This document shows, in pieces, positions 63,867 through 64,000 of a stretch of DNA of 64,000 nucleotides (within the stretch, counting starts at the first letter, position 1; every line of letters starts with the position of its first letter). The notes under the pieces were generated by a model. That model searched no databases. It saw only the letters and a program-made list of their open reading frames with translations, and had not been told where the DNA came from. The translations under genes and the position numbers were made by a program. This stretch comes from an uncultured delta proteobacterium. Its GTDB lineage: Bacteria; Desulfobacterota; WTBG01. The stretch covers positions 224,001 to 288,000 of the forward strand of contig CAWCBP010000004.1 of the NCBI GenBank assembly GCA_963793865.1, given 5' to 3'.

Positions 63867-64000
63867 TCAGCCCCCGATTCTCTGGAGTGTGATGTCAATT
63901 GTTTGAGCGCCGCCTTCCAGCGGGAACACAACGCCCTGTGCGGGATTCCAGTAGAAGTAATCGCCCGGTTCCGGAATGGGCGGCATAAGGTTCTTTTGAT
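63867..64000 (-). CDS. 3' end of a hypothetical protein (partial)
   Basis: Open frame ...MPPIPEPGDYFYWNPAQGVVFPLEGGAQTIDITLQRIGG*. Confidence 0.5.
   Translation of the reverse strand, partial: QKNLMPPIPEPGDYFYWNPAQGVVFPLEGGAQTIDITLQRIGG

Overview
Bacterial chromosomal window, probably from an anaerobic deltaproteobacterium (Desulfobacterota-like; inferred from gene content, not proven). 1-16 kb is mostly housekeeping (mtnA, ilvE, 5-formyl-THF cyclo-ligase, PBP1A, comM/yifB, moaC, dksA, galT), plus an orphan OmcA/MtrC-type decaheme cytochrome, a sigma-region-2-only protein and a Y1 (RAYT/IS200-superfamily) transposase with terminal inverted repeats. 16-31 kb holds a 1304-aa Cys-rich surface protein, a fimT-pilV-pilW-pilX-pilY1 operon with a sigma54-type promoter, and a HEAT protein plus HD-GYP phosphodiesterase pair. 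38-64 kb is dense in secreted modular proteins. The strongest candidate for an undescribed system is at 38.2-54.5 kb: two intact and one degenerate c-di-GMP-I riboswitch leaders head secreted-protein genes, and four proteins there carry the same Cys-bracketed dockerin-like module (single copy at N-termini; tandem copy plus a W-C-x-Y tail at C-termini), alongside lectin-fold, beta-propeller, fibre-like and metalloprotease domains. Intergenic DNA contains several families of REP/MITE-like palindromes, some nested. Many genes, including housekeeping ones, have single-base frameshifts that look like long-read assembly errors, so several coordinates are frame-corrected estimates. No rRNA, tRNA or CRISPR array was seen. 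All family assignments are by eye, without database searches.
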